DNA of 64,000 nt, from NCBI GenBank assembly GCA_038087875.1, contig CM075978.1, positions 100,626,001-100,690,000 of the forward strand, given 5' to 3'. Shown piece after piece: positions 1 to 13,537 of the stretch (the first letter of the stretch is position 1; every line of letters starts with the position of its first letter). The position numbers and the translations under genes were made by a program. This stretch comes from Malacoraja senta. Its lineage: Eukaryota. The notes beneath the pieces were generated by a model. The model saw only the letters and a program-made list of their open reading frames with translations. It made no database searches and was not told the origin of the DNA.

Positions 1-16
1 TATGTATGCATATGGG

Positions 17-54
<38 letters not shown>

Positions 55-86
55 TGTGTGTGTGTATGTATGGGTATATATATATG
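1..86. repeat. (TA)n/(TG)n/(TATG)n microsatellite
   Basis: Alternating ta/tg/tatg units are directly visible. Confidence 0.9.
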
Positions 87-464
87 TTTGCTACTCCCAA
101 AGAAGTTAATTGATTGTCAGAAATATTCTTTTTTTTTCTTTCTCGGGCACGGAGCTGGGAATTTTTTTTTTTACAAAGGCTACGGAAGTCTTTAGAATTC
201 TAGCCACCTTAGTGTGGCTATCACTAACTACACTAATTGTAGATGTAGTTTTTTTTCTTTCACCCTATACTAACCAATTCTATCACTTTTTTCACTTTAA
301 ATATTTTTATAACTTAATGTTTGAATGGAACAACAACACTAATTCAAGGAGATGTGTTCGGAAGAGCGATGTATATGATTTTAAATTCATCTATTTGAGG
401 TTCGGGAGCAGGGTCAGGTTTTATGTGTTGCACCTTCTGCTCGGTTATAGACCACAGAAACAAT

Positions 465-3135
465 ATGCAAGATGTTAATATGACAAGAGGGGGTCAGGGA
501 ATAACATTTTGTAGTTGGAATGTTAAGGGAATCAATGAACCAATTAAGAGAGGTAAAGTTTTGGCACATCTAAATTCAATCAAAACAGATATAATATTCC
601 TTCAAGAAACACACCTTAAAAAGGAATCTCAACATAGACTTAAAGCTAAGTGGATCACTGAATCATATCATTCCTCTTTTTCCCATAAGTCCAGAGGAGT
701 TGCAATATTAATTCGTAAAGGAATACCTTTTACGAATTCATCAACAATAGTGGATATTGATGGTAGATATATTATATTAGTTGGAGAGTTAAATGGAGAA
801 AAAGTGATTCTTAATGTATATGGGCCTAATTTTGATAACCCTATGTTTTTTAATAAAACATTTAATATAATTCCTGAATTTACACAATATAAATTAATAA
901 TTGGAGGAGACTTCAATTGCACATTAGATTCATACTTAGTTAGATCATCAAGGCAAAAAAAAGTAAAATCTCAATCAAGTGTATTTTTAAATTCATTTAT
1001 TAATACCACTAATATTAAGGATGTCTGGAGAATTGAAAATCCAACTGGACGGGAATATTCATTTTACTCACCAGTACATAAAACATACTCAAGAATAGAT
1101 TATTTTTTAGTTGACTCCACGTTTATCCCATTTACTTACAACTCAAAACACCATAATATTATAATCTCAGATCACGCACCTGTAACATTCATGATTAAAT
1201 TAAATGGAATGTCCGAGAAACAAACATATTGGAGATTTAACCCACAAATTTTGAACGAAAGATCATGCCAGGAATATCTTACTAAACAGATTCAAATATT
1301 TTTTGAGGTAAATGACAACCCTGACACACCTACTTCTCTTATGTGGGAAACGTTTAAAGCGTTTGTTCGAGGTGCATTAATTTCTGCTCAAGTATTTTAT
1401 AATAAAGAGAACAGGATTAAACAACAAACATTGGAAAGGGAAATCAAGCAACTAGATATAGAAAATGCGAGAATGCCATCTATTTTAAAACATAATAAAA
1501 TTGCTGTATTGAAATATAAATTAAACAAAATGTATTCAGAACAAGTAATAAAACTTTATCAAAAAACCAAACAATTACATTTTGAGTTTGGAGACAAACC
1601 ACAAAAACTATTAGCACGTCAGTTACGAAAAATGGAAGGGGAAAAAATAATTCATAAAATTAGAACAGAGACAGGAGAATTATTAAAAATGCCCAAGGAT
1701 ATAAACGAAAGATTTCTCCAATACTATCATAATCTTTATTCAACTAAAACTGTAGTACAACCAGAAGGAATAGCAGATTTTTTACTAAAATGTAATTTAA
1801 AAGGTTTAGATTCAAACGATAGAGAATTATTAGAAAGGGAGATTACGATAAAGGATATTGAGGAGTCTATTGGCTCTTTAAAAAATGGTAAAGCAGTAGG
1901 ACCAGATGGTTTAGGCTCTGAATTCTATAAACAATTTTATGACTTGCTCTCCCCACGTTTACAAAGGCTGTATGAGCATATCTATACTCAACAGAAACTT
2001 CCAGATACTTTAAATGAATCTATAATAACACTTATTCCTAAAGTTGATAAAGATCCGGAAGATCCGGGATCATATAGAGCAATTGCACTTTTAAATACAG
2101 ATCAGAAAATATTAACTAAAATACTAGCGCATAGATTAAGTACAGTGATGAATAAATTAATACACCCTGACCAAACAGGCTTTATTCAGAAACGGTACTC
2201 ATATTATAATCGAAGAAGATTATTTAATATTATTTATTCTAAGAGAATTATTAATGAAGATCTAGCAATAATCTCACTTGACGCTGAAAAAGCATTTGAA
2301 CAGGTTGAATGGTCTTATTTGTTTTCGGTGATGGAAAATATGCAGCTAGGGGAGAAATTCTGCACATGGATAAAACTGTTATATACAAACCCTACGGCTA
2401 GAATATTAACAAACCAAAGGTTGTCATCTAAATTCAGCCTATCTAGAGGTTGTAGACAAGGATGCCCGTTATCTCCATTATTATTTGCGCTTGCTATTGA
2501 GCCACTCGCAGAAAGAGTTAGGGGTCATCCGGAAATACACGGGTATAACACAAAGGACACAGTGAATAAAATTTCTCTATATGCAGATGATGTACATTAC
2601 AAAACCAGAAATTAGTATTCCAAACTTATTAAAGCAAATAACCCAATTTGGTTCACTCTCAGGATACAGAATAAATTGGAATAAAAGTGAAATTATGCCA
2701 ATAAGGGAACACAACAAACAGATAATACAACAATTTCCATTTAAAATAGTAAACGAAAAATTTAAATACCTAGGCATTTACGTAACTAAGATATATACAT
2801 CATTATTTAAAGCAAATTTTCCCCCATTACTGAACAAACTACATAAGAATATTCAATATTGGAAAACACTTCATATCTCAATGGTTGGCAAAATTAATGC
2901 CATAAAAATGATTTTTTTACCGCAAATATTATACCTTTTTCAGACAATTCCGATATATTTGTCAAAAAACTTTTTTTTTAAATTGAATTCCATTGTTAAT
3001 GATTTTATCTGGGATTATAAGAATCATAGGATAAACAAAAGACATTTGTGTAAATCAAAAATAAATGGAGGCTTGGTTTTACCAAATTTTCTGTTTTATT
3101 TTTGGGCAGTTAATATTAAAAATATAAATTTCTAG
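465..3135 (+). mobile_element. L1/Tx1-clade LINE ORF2 (APE endonuclease + reverse transcriptase), frameshifted and 3'-truncated
   Basis: APE motifs SWNVKG, FLQETHL, GGDFN, YSRIDYF and SDHAP; RT motifs GPDG, YRAIALLNTDQK, LDAEKAF, RGCRQGCPLSP and YADD. Frame shifts just after YADDV into ORF 2581-3135 (FKYLG, KINAIKM) and stops at 3135. Confidence 0.92.
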
Positions 3136-3499
3136 AATAAAGTTACCCCCATTCACCCTACATTTAAAAGTAGATTACTCCAACGGACGAGACACTGGAC
3201 ACACTAAAACTATTTTGAAAAAGTGAATTAAACGGACCGCTGCTGCTTAGCAGCCGTTCCCCAACATGGTTCCCCAATGACTCCATCTACATTTCACATT
3301 GCCTCGAGAAAGTAGCCAACACAATCAAGGCCCTTTTCCACCCTTGGTATTTATTGCAGAGAATATTAAGCAGGTATCACCAGATTCAGAAACAGCTTCT
3401 ACTCAGACTGGTCCTCCAATCTGGTCCTCCGATCAGCTTGGATATAGTCCAGATCTTTCAACTAACCCCATTGTAGACCTTGGACTATTGTAATGATAT

Positions 3500-4280
3500 A
3501 ATATGTTTTATATTCTGCACTTCGGTATGTATTTGTTGTCTATCCTGACTGATTGTGGTCTATGGTTCAGGAAGTCAAGGATCCAAAGGTAGAGGTGGGT
3601 ACTGACTCCTCAGTTCAGGAGTTTGGAGAGCACATTGACTGGTTGCATCACGACCTGGTAGTGGAACTCAAACATCCAGGAATAAAGAAGAATGTAAAAA
3701 GTGGTGAACACTGCACAGTCCATCACGGGTTTCGACTTCTCTACCATCAAAGGATCTACAGGAGTCGCTGCCTCAAAAAGGGAGCCAGCATCATCAGAGA
3801 CCCACGCTCTCTCATTTGGCTGGACTTATGGTGTTCAAGGTGAAGCTATGGTGAACAATAATAGGAGTCTGGTGTAGGTTCGGCAGAGGCTTGGCGAACA
3901 ACGTAACCAGGAGGGAGCTGGAGAAGTCGGACGCAAGGGGCAAGGACCGGTGTAGGAGGGTGAACCGGGGTAATGCCTTCAGTGCCTTCAAGGTTGGCTG
4001 CAGGAGGTACCCTCAGGACACAAAGATGGCCAGAGAAGGAAAGGAGAGGAGAGGAATGAAGCTCCAGTGCATCGAGCGTGGGGGCCGACTGGACATAATA
4101 GCGCCATTAATGTCGGCGCCCGCATGTGTAATATGTGCAAGAGGAATTTCTCTGTGCAGTTGCATATGTGACAAATAAAGCACTATTGAGGTGTCCTTGT
4201 TAACCAGGTGTTGCAGAGCCAGGCAAATGGCGTCTGCTGTGGACCTGTTGTAGTGGTAGGTGAATTGCAGTGGATCAAGA
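3500..4280. mobile_element. Degraded Rex1/Babar-like LINE fragments in mixed orientation
   Basis: Minus strand reads LDPLQFTYHYNRSTADAICLAL (Rex RT-like); plus strand reads RCLKKGASIIRDP (Rex C-terminus-like). Confidence 0.5.
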
Positions 4281-4505
4281 CTAGATAGGGCTCTTAAAGA
4301 TAGCGGAGTCAGGGGATATGGGGAGAAGGCAGAAACGGGGTACTGATTGGGGATGATCAGCCATGACCACACTTCCAGAGAAGGGGTCTGGTGGAAGCCT
4401 CTGATTGGTGGAAGAGGACCAGAGGAAGCAGCTGATTGGGTGCAACCCCAGGTTTGCATTTCTGCTTTCAGGTTAAGGGTTCTGTGAGTTGAGGGTTCAG
4501 TGAGT

Positions 4506-7500
4506 TAACATAGAAACATAGAAAATAGGTGCAGGAGTAGGGCATTCGGCCCTTCGAGCCTGCACCGCCATTCAATATGATCATGGCTGATCATCCAACT
4601 GTATCCTGTACCTGACATCTCTCCATACCCCCTGATCCCTTTAGCCACAATGGCCACATCTAACTCCCTCTTAAATATAGCCAATGAACTGGCCTCAACT
4701 ACCTTCTGTGGCAGAGAGTTCCAGAGATTCACCACTCTCTGTGTGAAAAATGTTTTTCTCATCTCGGTCCTAAAGGATTTCCCATTAATCCTTAAATTGC
4801 GACCCCTTGTCCTGGACTTCCTCAACATCGGGAACAATCTTCCTGCATCTAGCCTGTCCAACCCCTTAAGAATTTTGTAAGTTTCTACAAGATCCCCCCT
4901 CAATCTTCTAAATTCTAACGAGTACAAGCCGAGTCTATCCAGTCTTTCTTCATATGAAAGTCCTGACATCCCAGGAATCAGTCTGGTGAACCTTCTCTGT
5001 ACTCCCTCTACGGCAAGAATGTCTTTCCTCAGATTTTGAGACCAAAACTGTACGCAATACTCCAGGTGTGGTCTCACCAAGACCCTGTACAACTGCAGTA
5101 GAACCTCCCTGCTCCTTTACTCAAATCCTTTTGCTATGAATGCTAACATACCATTCACTTTCTTCACTGCCTGCTGCACCTGCATGCCTACTTTCAATGA
5201 CTGGTGTACCATGACAACCAGGTCTTGTTGCATCTCCCCTTTTCCTAATCGGCCACCATACAGATAATAGTCTACTTTCCTGTTTTTGCCACCAAAATGG
5301 ATAACCTCATATTTATCCACATTATACTGCATCTGCCATGCATTTGCCCACTCACCCAGCCTATCCAAGTCACCTTGCAGCCTTCTAGCATCCTCCTCAC
5401 AGCTAACACTGCCCCCCAGCTTCGTGTCATCCGCAAACTTGGAGATATTGCATTCAATTCCCTCGTCCAAATCATTAATATATATTGTAAATAGCTGGGG
5501 TCCCAGCACTGAGCCTTGCAGTACCCCACTAATCACAGCCTGCCATTCTGAAAAGGACCCGTTTACTCCTACTCTTTGCTTCCTGTCTGCCAGCCAGTTC
5601 TCTATCCAAATCAATACTGAACCCCCAATACCATGTGCTTTAAGTTTGTATACTAATCTCTTATGTGAGACCTTGTTAAAAGCCTTCTGAAAGTCCAGAT
5701 ATAACACATCCACTGGTATCCCACATCCACTCTACTAGTTACATCCTCGAAAAATTCTATAAGATTCGTCAGACATGATTTACCTTTCATAAATCCATGC
5801 TGACTTTGTCCAATGATTTCACCACTTTCCAAATGTGCTGCTATCCCATCTTTAATAACTGACTAGCAGTTTCCCCACTACCGATGTTAGACTAACTGGT
5901 CTGTAATTCCCCATTTTCTCTCTCCCTCCCTTTTTAAAAAGGGGGGTTACATTAGCTACCCTCCAATCCTCAGGAACTACTACAGAATCCAAGGAGTTTT
6001 GAAAAATTATCACCAATTCATCCACTATTTCTGGGGCAACTTCCTTAAGTACTCTGGGATGCAGCCTATCTGGCCTTGGGGATTTATCGGCCTTTAATCC
6101 ATTCAATTTACCTAACACCATTTCCCGGCTAACCTGGATTTCGCTCAGTTCCTCTTTCTCATTTGACCCGCGGTCCCCTGCTATTTCCGGCAGATTATTT
6201 ATGTCTTCCTTAGTGAAGACAGAACCAAAGTAGTTATTCAATTGGTCTGCCATGTCCTTGTTCCCCATGATCAATTCACCTGTTTCTGAGTGCAAGGGAC
6301 CTACAATTGTTTTAACTAATCTCTTTCTCTTCACATATCTATAAAAACTTTTGCAGTCAGTTTTTATGTTCCCTGCCAGTTTTCTTTCATAATCAATTTT
6401 CCCTTTCCTAATTACGCCCTTTGTCCTCCTTTGCTGGACTCGGAATTTCTCCCAGTCCTCTGGTAGGCTGCTTTTTTCTGGCTAATTTGTATGCTTCATC
6501 TTTTGTTTTGATACTATCCCTGATTTCCCTTGTTATCCACGGATGCACTACCTTCCCTGATTTATTCTTTTGCCAAACTGGGATGAACAATTGTTGTAGT
6601 TCATCCATGCAGTCTTTAAATGCCTTCCATTGCATATCCACCGTCAACCCTTTAAGAAACAATTGCCAGTCAATCTTGGCCAATTCACGTTTCATCCCCT
6701 CAAAGTTACCTTTCTTTAAGTTCAGAACCCTTGTTTCTGAATTAACAGTCACTCTCCATCCTAATGAAGAACTCAACCATATTATGGTCACTCTTGCCCA
6801 AGGGGCCACGCACAAGACTGCTAACTAACCCTTCCTCATTACTCAATACCCAGTCTCGTTGGTTCCTCTACATGTTGGTTTAGAAAACTATCCCGCATAC
6901 ATTCCAAGAAATCCTCTTCCTCAGCACCCCTGCCAATTTGATTCACCCAATCTATATGTAGATTGGAGTCACCCATTATAACTGTTTTACCTTTGTTGCA
7001 CGCATTTCTAATTTCCTGTTTGATGCCGTCCCCGACTCCACTACTATTGTTAGGTGGCCTGTACACAACACCCACTAGCGATTTCTGCCCCTTAGTGTTC
7101 GTAGCTCTACCCATATCGATTCCACATCCTCCAAGCTAATATCCTTCATTTCCATTGCGTTAATCTCCTCTCTAACCAGCAATGCTACCCCACCTCCTTT
7201 TCCTTTCTGTCTATCCTGAATATTGAATATCCCTGGATGTTCTGCCCCCGGCCTTGGTCACCCTGGAGCCATGTCTCCGTGATCCCAACTATATCATAAT
7301 CATTAATAGCTTTCTGCACATTCAACTCATCCACCTTATTACGAATGCTCCTTGCATTGAGACACAAAGCCTTCAGGCTTGTTTTTACAACGCTCTTACC
7401 CCTTATACAATTATGTTGAAAAGTGGCCCTTTTTGATTTTTGCCCAGGATTTGTCTGCCTGCCATGTTTACTTTTCACCTTGTTACCTATTGCTTCTACC

Positions 7501-7910
7501 CTCATTTTACACCTCTCTGTCTCTGCTCACACATTTAAGAAACCCACCACCTCTTATTCTCTGTTTATTATTTTTTTCTTCTTTCCCCCCTACCTGTTGG
7601 GTCTGAGTGCTTCCCTTCTCTGCCTCCTGCCTCACACACTGTCTACAAGCTTTCTCTATTTGAGTCCCTCCCCCCAACCGTTCTAGTTTAAAGTCTCCCC
7701 TGTAACCTTTGCAAATCTCCCCGCCAGGATATTGGTCCCCCTCGGGTTCAAGTGCTACCCGTCCTTTTCGTACAGGTCACACCTTCCCCAAAAGAGGTCC
7801 CAATGATCCAGAAACTTGAATCCCTGCCCACTGCACCAGTCCTTCAGCCACGCATTTATCCTCCACCTCGCTCCATTCCTACTCTCACTGTCGCGTGGCA
7901 CAGGCAGCAA
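4506..7910 (-). mobile_element. CR1 LINE: degraded ORF2 (EN+RT) plus the end of an esterase-type ORF1
   Basis: Minus-strand ORFs contain LNARSIRNK, GVVYRPP, DKSPRPD, YRPVSLTS, DFQKAF, FADDTKL and RPHLEYCVQFW. GTNILAG (SGNH-esterase-like) lies near 7725-7745; the 3' tail of (tttctatg) units is at about 4510. Confidence 0.9.
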
Positions 7911-8719
7911 AAGAAAGGAGAGATTGAACTTTTTTTGCCTTCCATCGCAGTGAGGAATGCGGAGGAGTCACTAAGGTGGATACATAAATAATAGGTGCAG
8001 GAGTAGGCCATTCGGCCCTTCGAGCCTGCACCGCCATTCAATATGATCATGGCTGATCATCCAACTCAGTATCCCGTACCTGCCTTGCCTCCATACCCCC
8101 TGATCCCTTTTGCCACAAGGGCCACATCTAACTCCCTCTTAAATATAGCCAATGAACTGGATGTTCATCTTAAAATGTATTTTGTGCGTTCTGTTGCTTT
8201 TTATTGGTCTGACTGTAGGGCAAATTAAATTCCTCATATATGTTGCAAAACATACTTGGCTAATAAAATATGATTATGATTATAATCATGTTGTGGTCAA
8301 GTAGAAAGAGTGTGTACCATTGCACAATAAAGAGGAAGTACAGAGTAGTTTAGCAATGTTCAATGTGCTAAATGTTGAATGCAGCAAAATAAAAATACAT
8401 GAAGAACCTGTCCATAATGTTTTAATTCTCTGGCTGCAGGATTGATTCAAGCAATGTCCCGTTGTTTTAACAAGGGGGGGGGGGGATGAGGAAGTTAATT
8501 ATTACAGGTCAGCACGGTGACAGGTAGAGGTAGAGTTTGCACATTCTCCCTGTGACCGCATGGGTTTCCTCGGAGTGCTCTGGTTTCTTCCTACATTCCA
8601 AAGAAGGATTTGTAGGTTAATTGACTTTTGGTTTGATGTATAGAGATACACCGAGTCTGCACCGTCCAACAATCTCAGCACATTAACACTTTCCTACATA
8701 CACTAAGGACGGTTTTATA

Positions 8720-9764
8720 TTTAGACAAAGCGGGGGGGGGGGGGGGGGGGAGAGCGGGGGGCGGCCTGTGGCATCATACACACACTGACAACCCCCACAC
8801 ACACACACACTAACCACCCCCCCCCCCACATGCACACACTAACCACCCCCCTGATATTATACTAATATTATTCATTTGCTCCTTTTACCCCATTCCCCCG
8901 CCCTATCACGCATAGCCCCCAACTCGCAAGCGCGGCTAGATAGGGACGGGGGTAGAGACATAGAGGACAGAGGAACAGAGAGCGCAGAGGCACAGAGAGG
9001 GCAGAGGCACAAAGAGGAAGAGGGAGGGGGGGTTAGAGAGAGATGGCAGAGAGAGAGGGGGCAGAGACTAAGAGAGAGGGGCAGAGACAGAGACAGAGAG
9101 GCAGAGAGAGAGAGGGTCAGAGAGAGAGGGGTAGAGGCAGATAGAGAGGGCGTGGAGAGGGTGGGAGAGAGAGGGGTAGAGAATGGGGAGGGGGGAGGGA
9201 AGGAGGGGGGAGAGCGGGGTAGAGAGGGGGGAAGAGAGGGGGAGAGAGGTTGAGAGAGGGTGAGAGAGGAAAATCGTTTTCGCGTGGTCGATGCTTCTTC
9301 TATGTTCCTTCGATTATTTCAACAAACATTCTCGACTAAAAATAGGTTGCCGTTTGGTCGAAGCCAGTGGAGTGGGGTCGCTATTTACTTACAGGCAGTC
9401 GAATGCAATCTCCTTCGCTGACCGGCCATTTTGATTGGGTCATTGGAGTTTTCAGGACCTAGAAGATCCGCCGGAAGGTAAATGCCCGCTAAATTTATTA
9501 AGCTTCTTAAAACTGTCTCCACTCCTTCTCCGCCCTTCTCTCCCCTTCTCTCCCCTTCTCCCCCCCTCCCCATTCTCTCCCCTTCTCTCCCTTACTCTCC
9601 CCTTCTCTCTCCCCTTCTCTCCCCTTCTCTTCCCCTTCTCTCTCCGCTTCTATCCCCCCTCCTGCGCTCTCTAAAGGACTTACCGGACTCTGTGGCAGCC
9701 GTTTACCTTCCTCTTCATCGCGCAGGCAGCGCTCCTCTGCTGCCCCTGGCCCCCACCTTTGCGA

Positions 9765-9830
<66 letters not shown>
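8720..9830 (+). repeat. Non-coding interspersed repeat rich in CA, GA and CT minisatellites (same family as 54345-55553)
   Basis: Shares blocks such as taatattattcatt..ctccttttacccc with 54450-54790 and has no coding signal. Confidence 0.55.
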
Positions 9831-9832
<2 letters not shown>

Positions 9833-10059
9833 GTCGGTAGCAAAGATCCTGTAGGATCTTTGGTCGGTAGATGCAGCTCACGCTTCGGTCGAGGCTTCCC
9901 AGGCGAGTGACCAAAACCTATGGCGACTCATGAAAACCTTGGGTGGGGCGCAAGGTCACCAGAGGTTTCCATTCAGGTTTTCTAAGTCAGACAGGGGCGT
10001 TACTATTAAAAGTCTGATCTTGTATGTAGATTTGTGTGTGTGTGTGTGTGTGTATAATA

Positions 10060-13000
10060 GTAAGATTAAACGAGAACTTACCAGTTTGAAGTTTGATCTT
10101 TATTTTATGAGGAGTTGCGATGAGTGATTACGTGAAGAACCCGCCAGTCCGCATGCGTATCAATCTTCAAAGCAGCGGTGTGAAATCACAGATAACAGTA
10201 ATTGAAGTAACATGGTAAGATTAGAAACCTAGAACTACCAGATGACCTTTGTGATATGAGGGTTGGGAGCGGTGGGCACGTAATCACTCATCGCAACTCC
10301 TCATAAAATAAAGATCAAACTTCAAACTGGTAAGTTCTCGTTTAATCTTACAATTTTACTTCGGAGTCACGTGAGTGATTCCGTGAAGATTTCAAAGCTC
10401 TGTGATTTCATGCCGTAGATACGAATCCAGGCGTCTCACTGCAGCAATTGACTCAGGATGAGAGAATAATAACCAATTCATATGAACCATGACATTGATT
10501 TGAATTTGTCAATGGTTTAGTTTACAAAGAAAACAACAATGACCCCTCTCTCCCAGGGGGAAGCTATGAAACAGAATATAAACAGAACTTAAAACAGAAT
10601 GGGCGAATACCCCCGGTTCGGTAAGCGGCTTGTTATACAATTGTTGAAACGTTAGTTCACTTGACCATCCTGCAGCCACGAGGATATGGTCGAGAGGGAC
10701 GTCCATTGCCCTCGCTGCTGACGTTGATGCCGCCCTGGTAGAGTGATATTTAAAAATGTCAGTGTCTACTGCACAAACCAAACCTGTTTCAACCACCTTG
10801 AAATGGTCTGAACCGACACTTTCATATGTGGCTTTTTGTGAGTAATAAATAATGCTGACTCCGAACCTCTGAGGTTGTTGGTGACCTTGATATAATATTG
10901 CAAGTACGACACTACACACAGTCGTAAATCCGAAGGGTATGCCGAAAAAATAAGCTTACACCCTGACACCCTGGCCTGCTCTGCTTAATTAAATCATAAA
11001 TGTAAAATGTAATGTTATTTCCAGACGATACCATCCTATCCAGTCGCTGCAGCTTCTGCAACGTCTGGATCCTTTGCGCTGAAACGAGCGCCATGAGCAT
11101 GACCAATTTAAGGGTGATTTTGGGCAAAGACAGGGCTGTGGCTGGAGCGCATTGGCGAAGCAGCGTGAGTACCACGCTCACATCCCAGATTTCAGAATAC
11201 CTGGGCCTGGGGGGATTGGAATTAAAAATACCCTTCATAAACCCGGATATTAAAGGGTGAGATCCAACAGACTGTTGTTCCGACCCTAGCCATAAGTATG
11301 ACGACAGGGCACACCTGGCACTATTGATGGCACTATAGCTCAACCCTTGATCAAAATATAGAATGGACAGAAATTCTAGCACATCTGAGATGCAAGCCGT
11401 GTGATATGTAATGTTCCCCCGTACGCAGAACACCTCCCATTTCCTGACATGAGAAATGTACTGTTTTTTGGTACTATCCCTCTAGGCCGCAGTGATCACA
11501 TCCACGGTTCGATCGGATAGTCCAAGCCCCAGGTATGGCCTCCTCAGAATCTACAAATTAACAGATCAATACGGTCATATAATGGATGTTGACCACCAGG
11601 GTGGACCAGTAGGTCACTACGTTTTGGGATGGCCATAAAAGGCTGTGTTATTATGTCCAAAAGGAGAGGGAACCATGGTTGTGTAGGCCTGTCGGGTACC
11701 ACCAACACTCCTGAGGCGGAGTCCTGCTTGATCTTGAGTAAGCACCGACTGATGAGGCAGAATGGGGGAAATGCATATAAAAACATTCCTCCCCAGTGTA
11801 GCGAGAATGCATCTACTGCTACTGCCCCTGGGTCTGGTTCCCATGAAATATACTAGGTAACTGGTGGTAGAGTCTGGATGCAAACAAATCAATATCTGGC
11901 ATCCCACACCTAACAACAATATCATTAAATATCTCATGATTCAACATCCATTCTGTGTTGTCATTGAATTTGCGTGACCTGGTGTCTGCCACCATATTGA
12001 ATTTACCTGGTAGGTAGCTAGTTGAAACCCAAAAGTTTCTTGTAATGCACCAGCCAAATAAGATTAGCCAATCTATCATAAGATTGTGACTTGATTCCAC
12101 CCATGTGATTAACATACGCCACTGCCGTAGTGTTGTCAATCTGAAGCTGAACATGCAAGTGACGCTTAGTAGTTCAATAAGCATTAAGCCCATAAAATGC
12201 TCCCAATAACTCTAAATAGTTAATCCCATGTGATTGAAGAATAAATGCCTCATGCTTATACCATCTGCCTCCACAGCTAGATATGGTATCAGTAGCACCC
12301 CCAACCTAGGGCACTGGCATCAGTCTGTAAGACAACTGAAGGTTCCTTAACCAGAATATTGTTGGAGTAAGTTGAGATGTCATAATCCACCAATGCACTT
12401 CAGCAATGGCTTCAGCTGGTAATTGCATGTGCCTGTCGAAATGACCTGCATGTATCCTGAGTGCCTGTACCTTTGCTCGCTGTAAATTTTGGTAGTGCAA
12501 AGGTCCATATTGTGCAGCTGGAAAGGCAGCCACTAATTTGCCAATCAAATTGGCCACATGCCTAATTGAAGGTTGCTGCTCCACCATGAGCTTGTTACAA
12601 CTTTCAATTAACTCTAATCTCTTGCTCCTGGGCAGAGTCACTGACATGTGAGTTGAATTAATAGTGAATCCCAAATAATCAATATCTCTAACTGGTGTCA
12701 ATTTGGATTTAGCTGGATGTATGAGAAACCCCAAACTCTCAAACATGAGTTTAACAACTGAAACAGATAATTCATCTGCTTTCCGAGTTTTCCCTATGAT
12801 TAAGATATCATCCAAATAAGCCATTACAATATGACCCTGAGCCTGGAGTATCACCAGTATTGGTTTTAACAGTTTTGTGAATAATCTAGGGGCCGAGGTT
12901 AACCCATTAGGTAGTGCTTTAAATTGCCATAATTGCCTCATCCCGCTAAATTTCAAATATCTCCGATAATCCCTATGAACAGGCACTGAGTAATATGCAT

Positions 13001-13537
13001 CCTTAAGATCTATACATGCCATATAACACCCTCTGTTTGGCAGTAACAAATGTTTCCATTTTGAAATGTTTATACTGCACAAAAGGATTAAGGCTCGTCA
13101 AGTCAAGGATGATTCGACAACCCCCGTCCTTCTTTGACCTAGGAAAAATATTAGACACAAATTGGTGAAGTTGATAAACCGCCTTCTCAATTACCCCTTT
13201 TTTATATAATTTCCCAATTTCAGCTTGAACCTCTAAATTCTCTTTTTGTGAGAAAATTAGTACCCGACTTGGTGTATGCTGTGTGGGTGGATGCAGATTG
13301 GGAAGGAATTCAAATCGAAACCCTTGTATGCTGCGCAGTATAAACAAATCTGATGTTATTCCATACCATTCCTTCAGAAACAAGTGTAATCTTCCCCCAA
13401 CTTGTAGATGATTCATACTTAATATGTTCTGAAAAGAACCAGACCCACCTACCTCCATGGTTACCGGTGACATTTTCTGTCCCCTACTTCTGGTGGGAAA
13501 AGACATGTTCGCCCGTGCCCCTGTTGGACCCAAAATC
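10060..13537 (-). mobile_element. DIRS1-like retrotransposon, 3' part (RT/RNase H/MT-like, tyrosine recombinase, ICR, 3' ITR)
   Basis: RT: IDLKDAYY, LPNGLTSAPRLF, YLDD. RNase H: TDAS, DNTTA. MT-like: DLFASRL, YAFPPF. YR: HSTRAAS, AAGWS. ICR at about 10277-10388 is complementary to the 3' terminal repeat at 10060-10160. Confidence 0.92.

Noticed and set aside
8876-9914. ORFs over GA/CT/TG tracts (also 33412-33921, 54811-55253, 63014-63464)
   Set aside because: Low-complexity repeats lacking stops.
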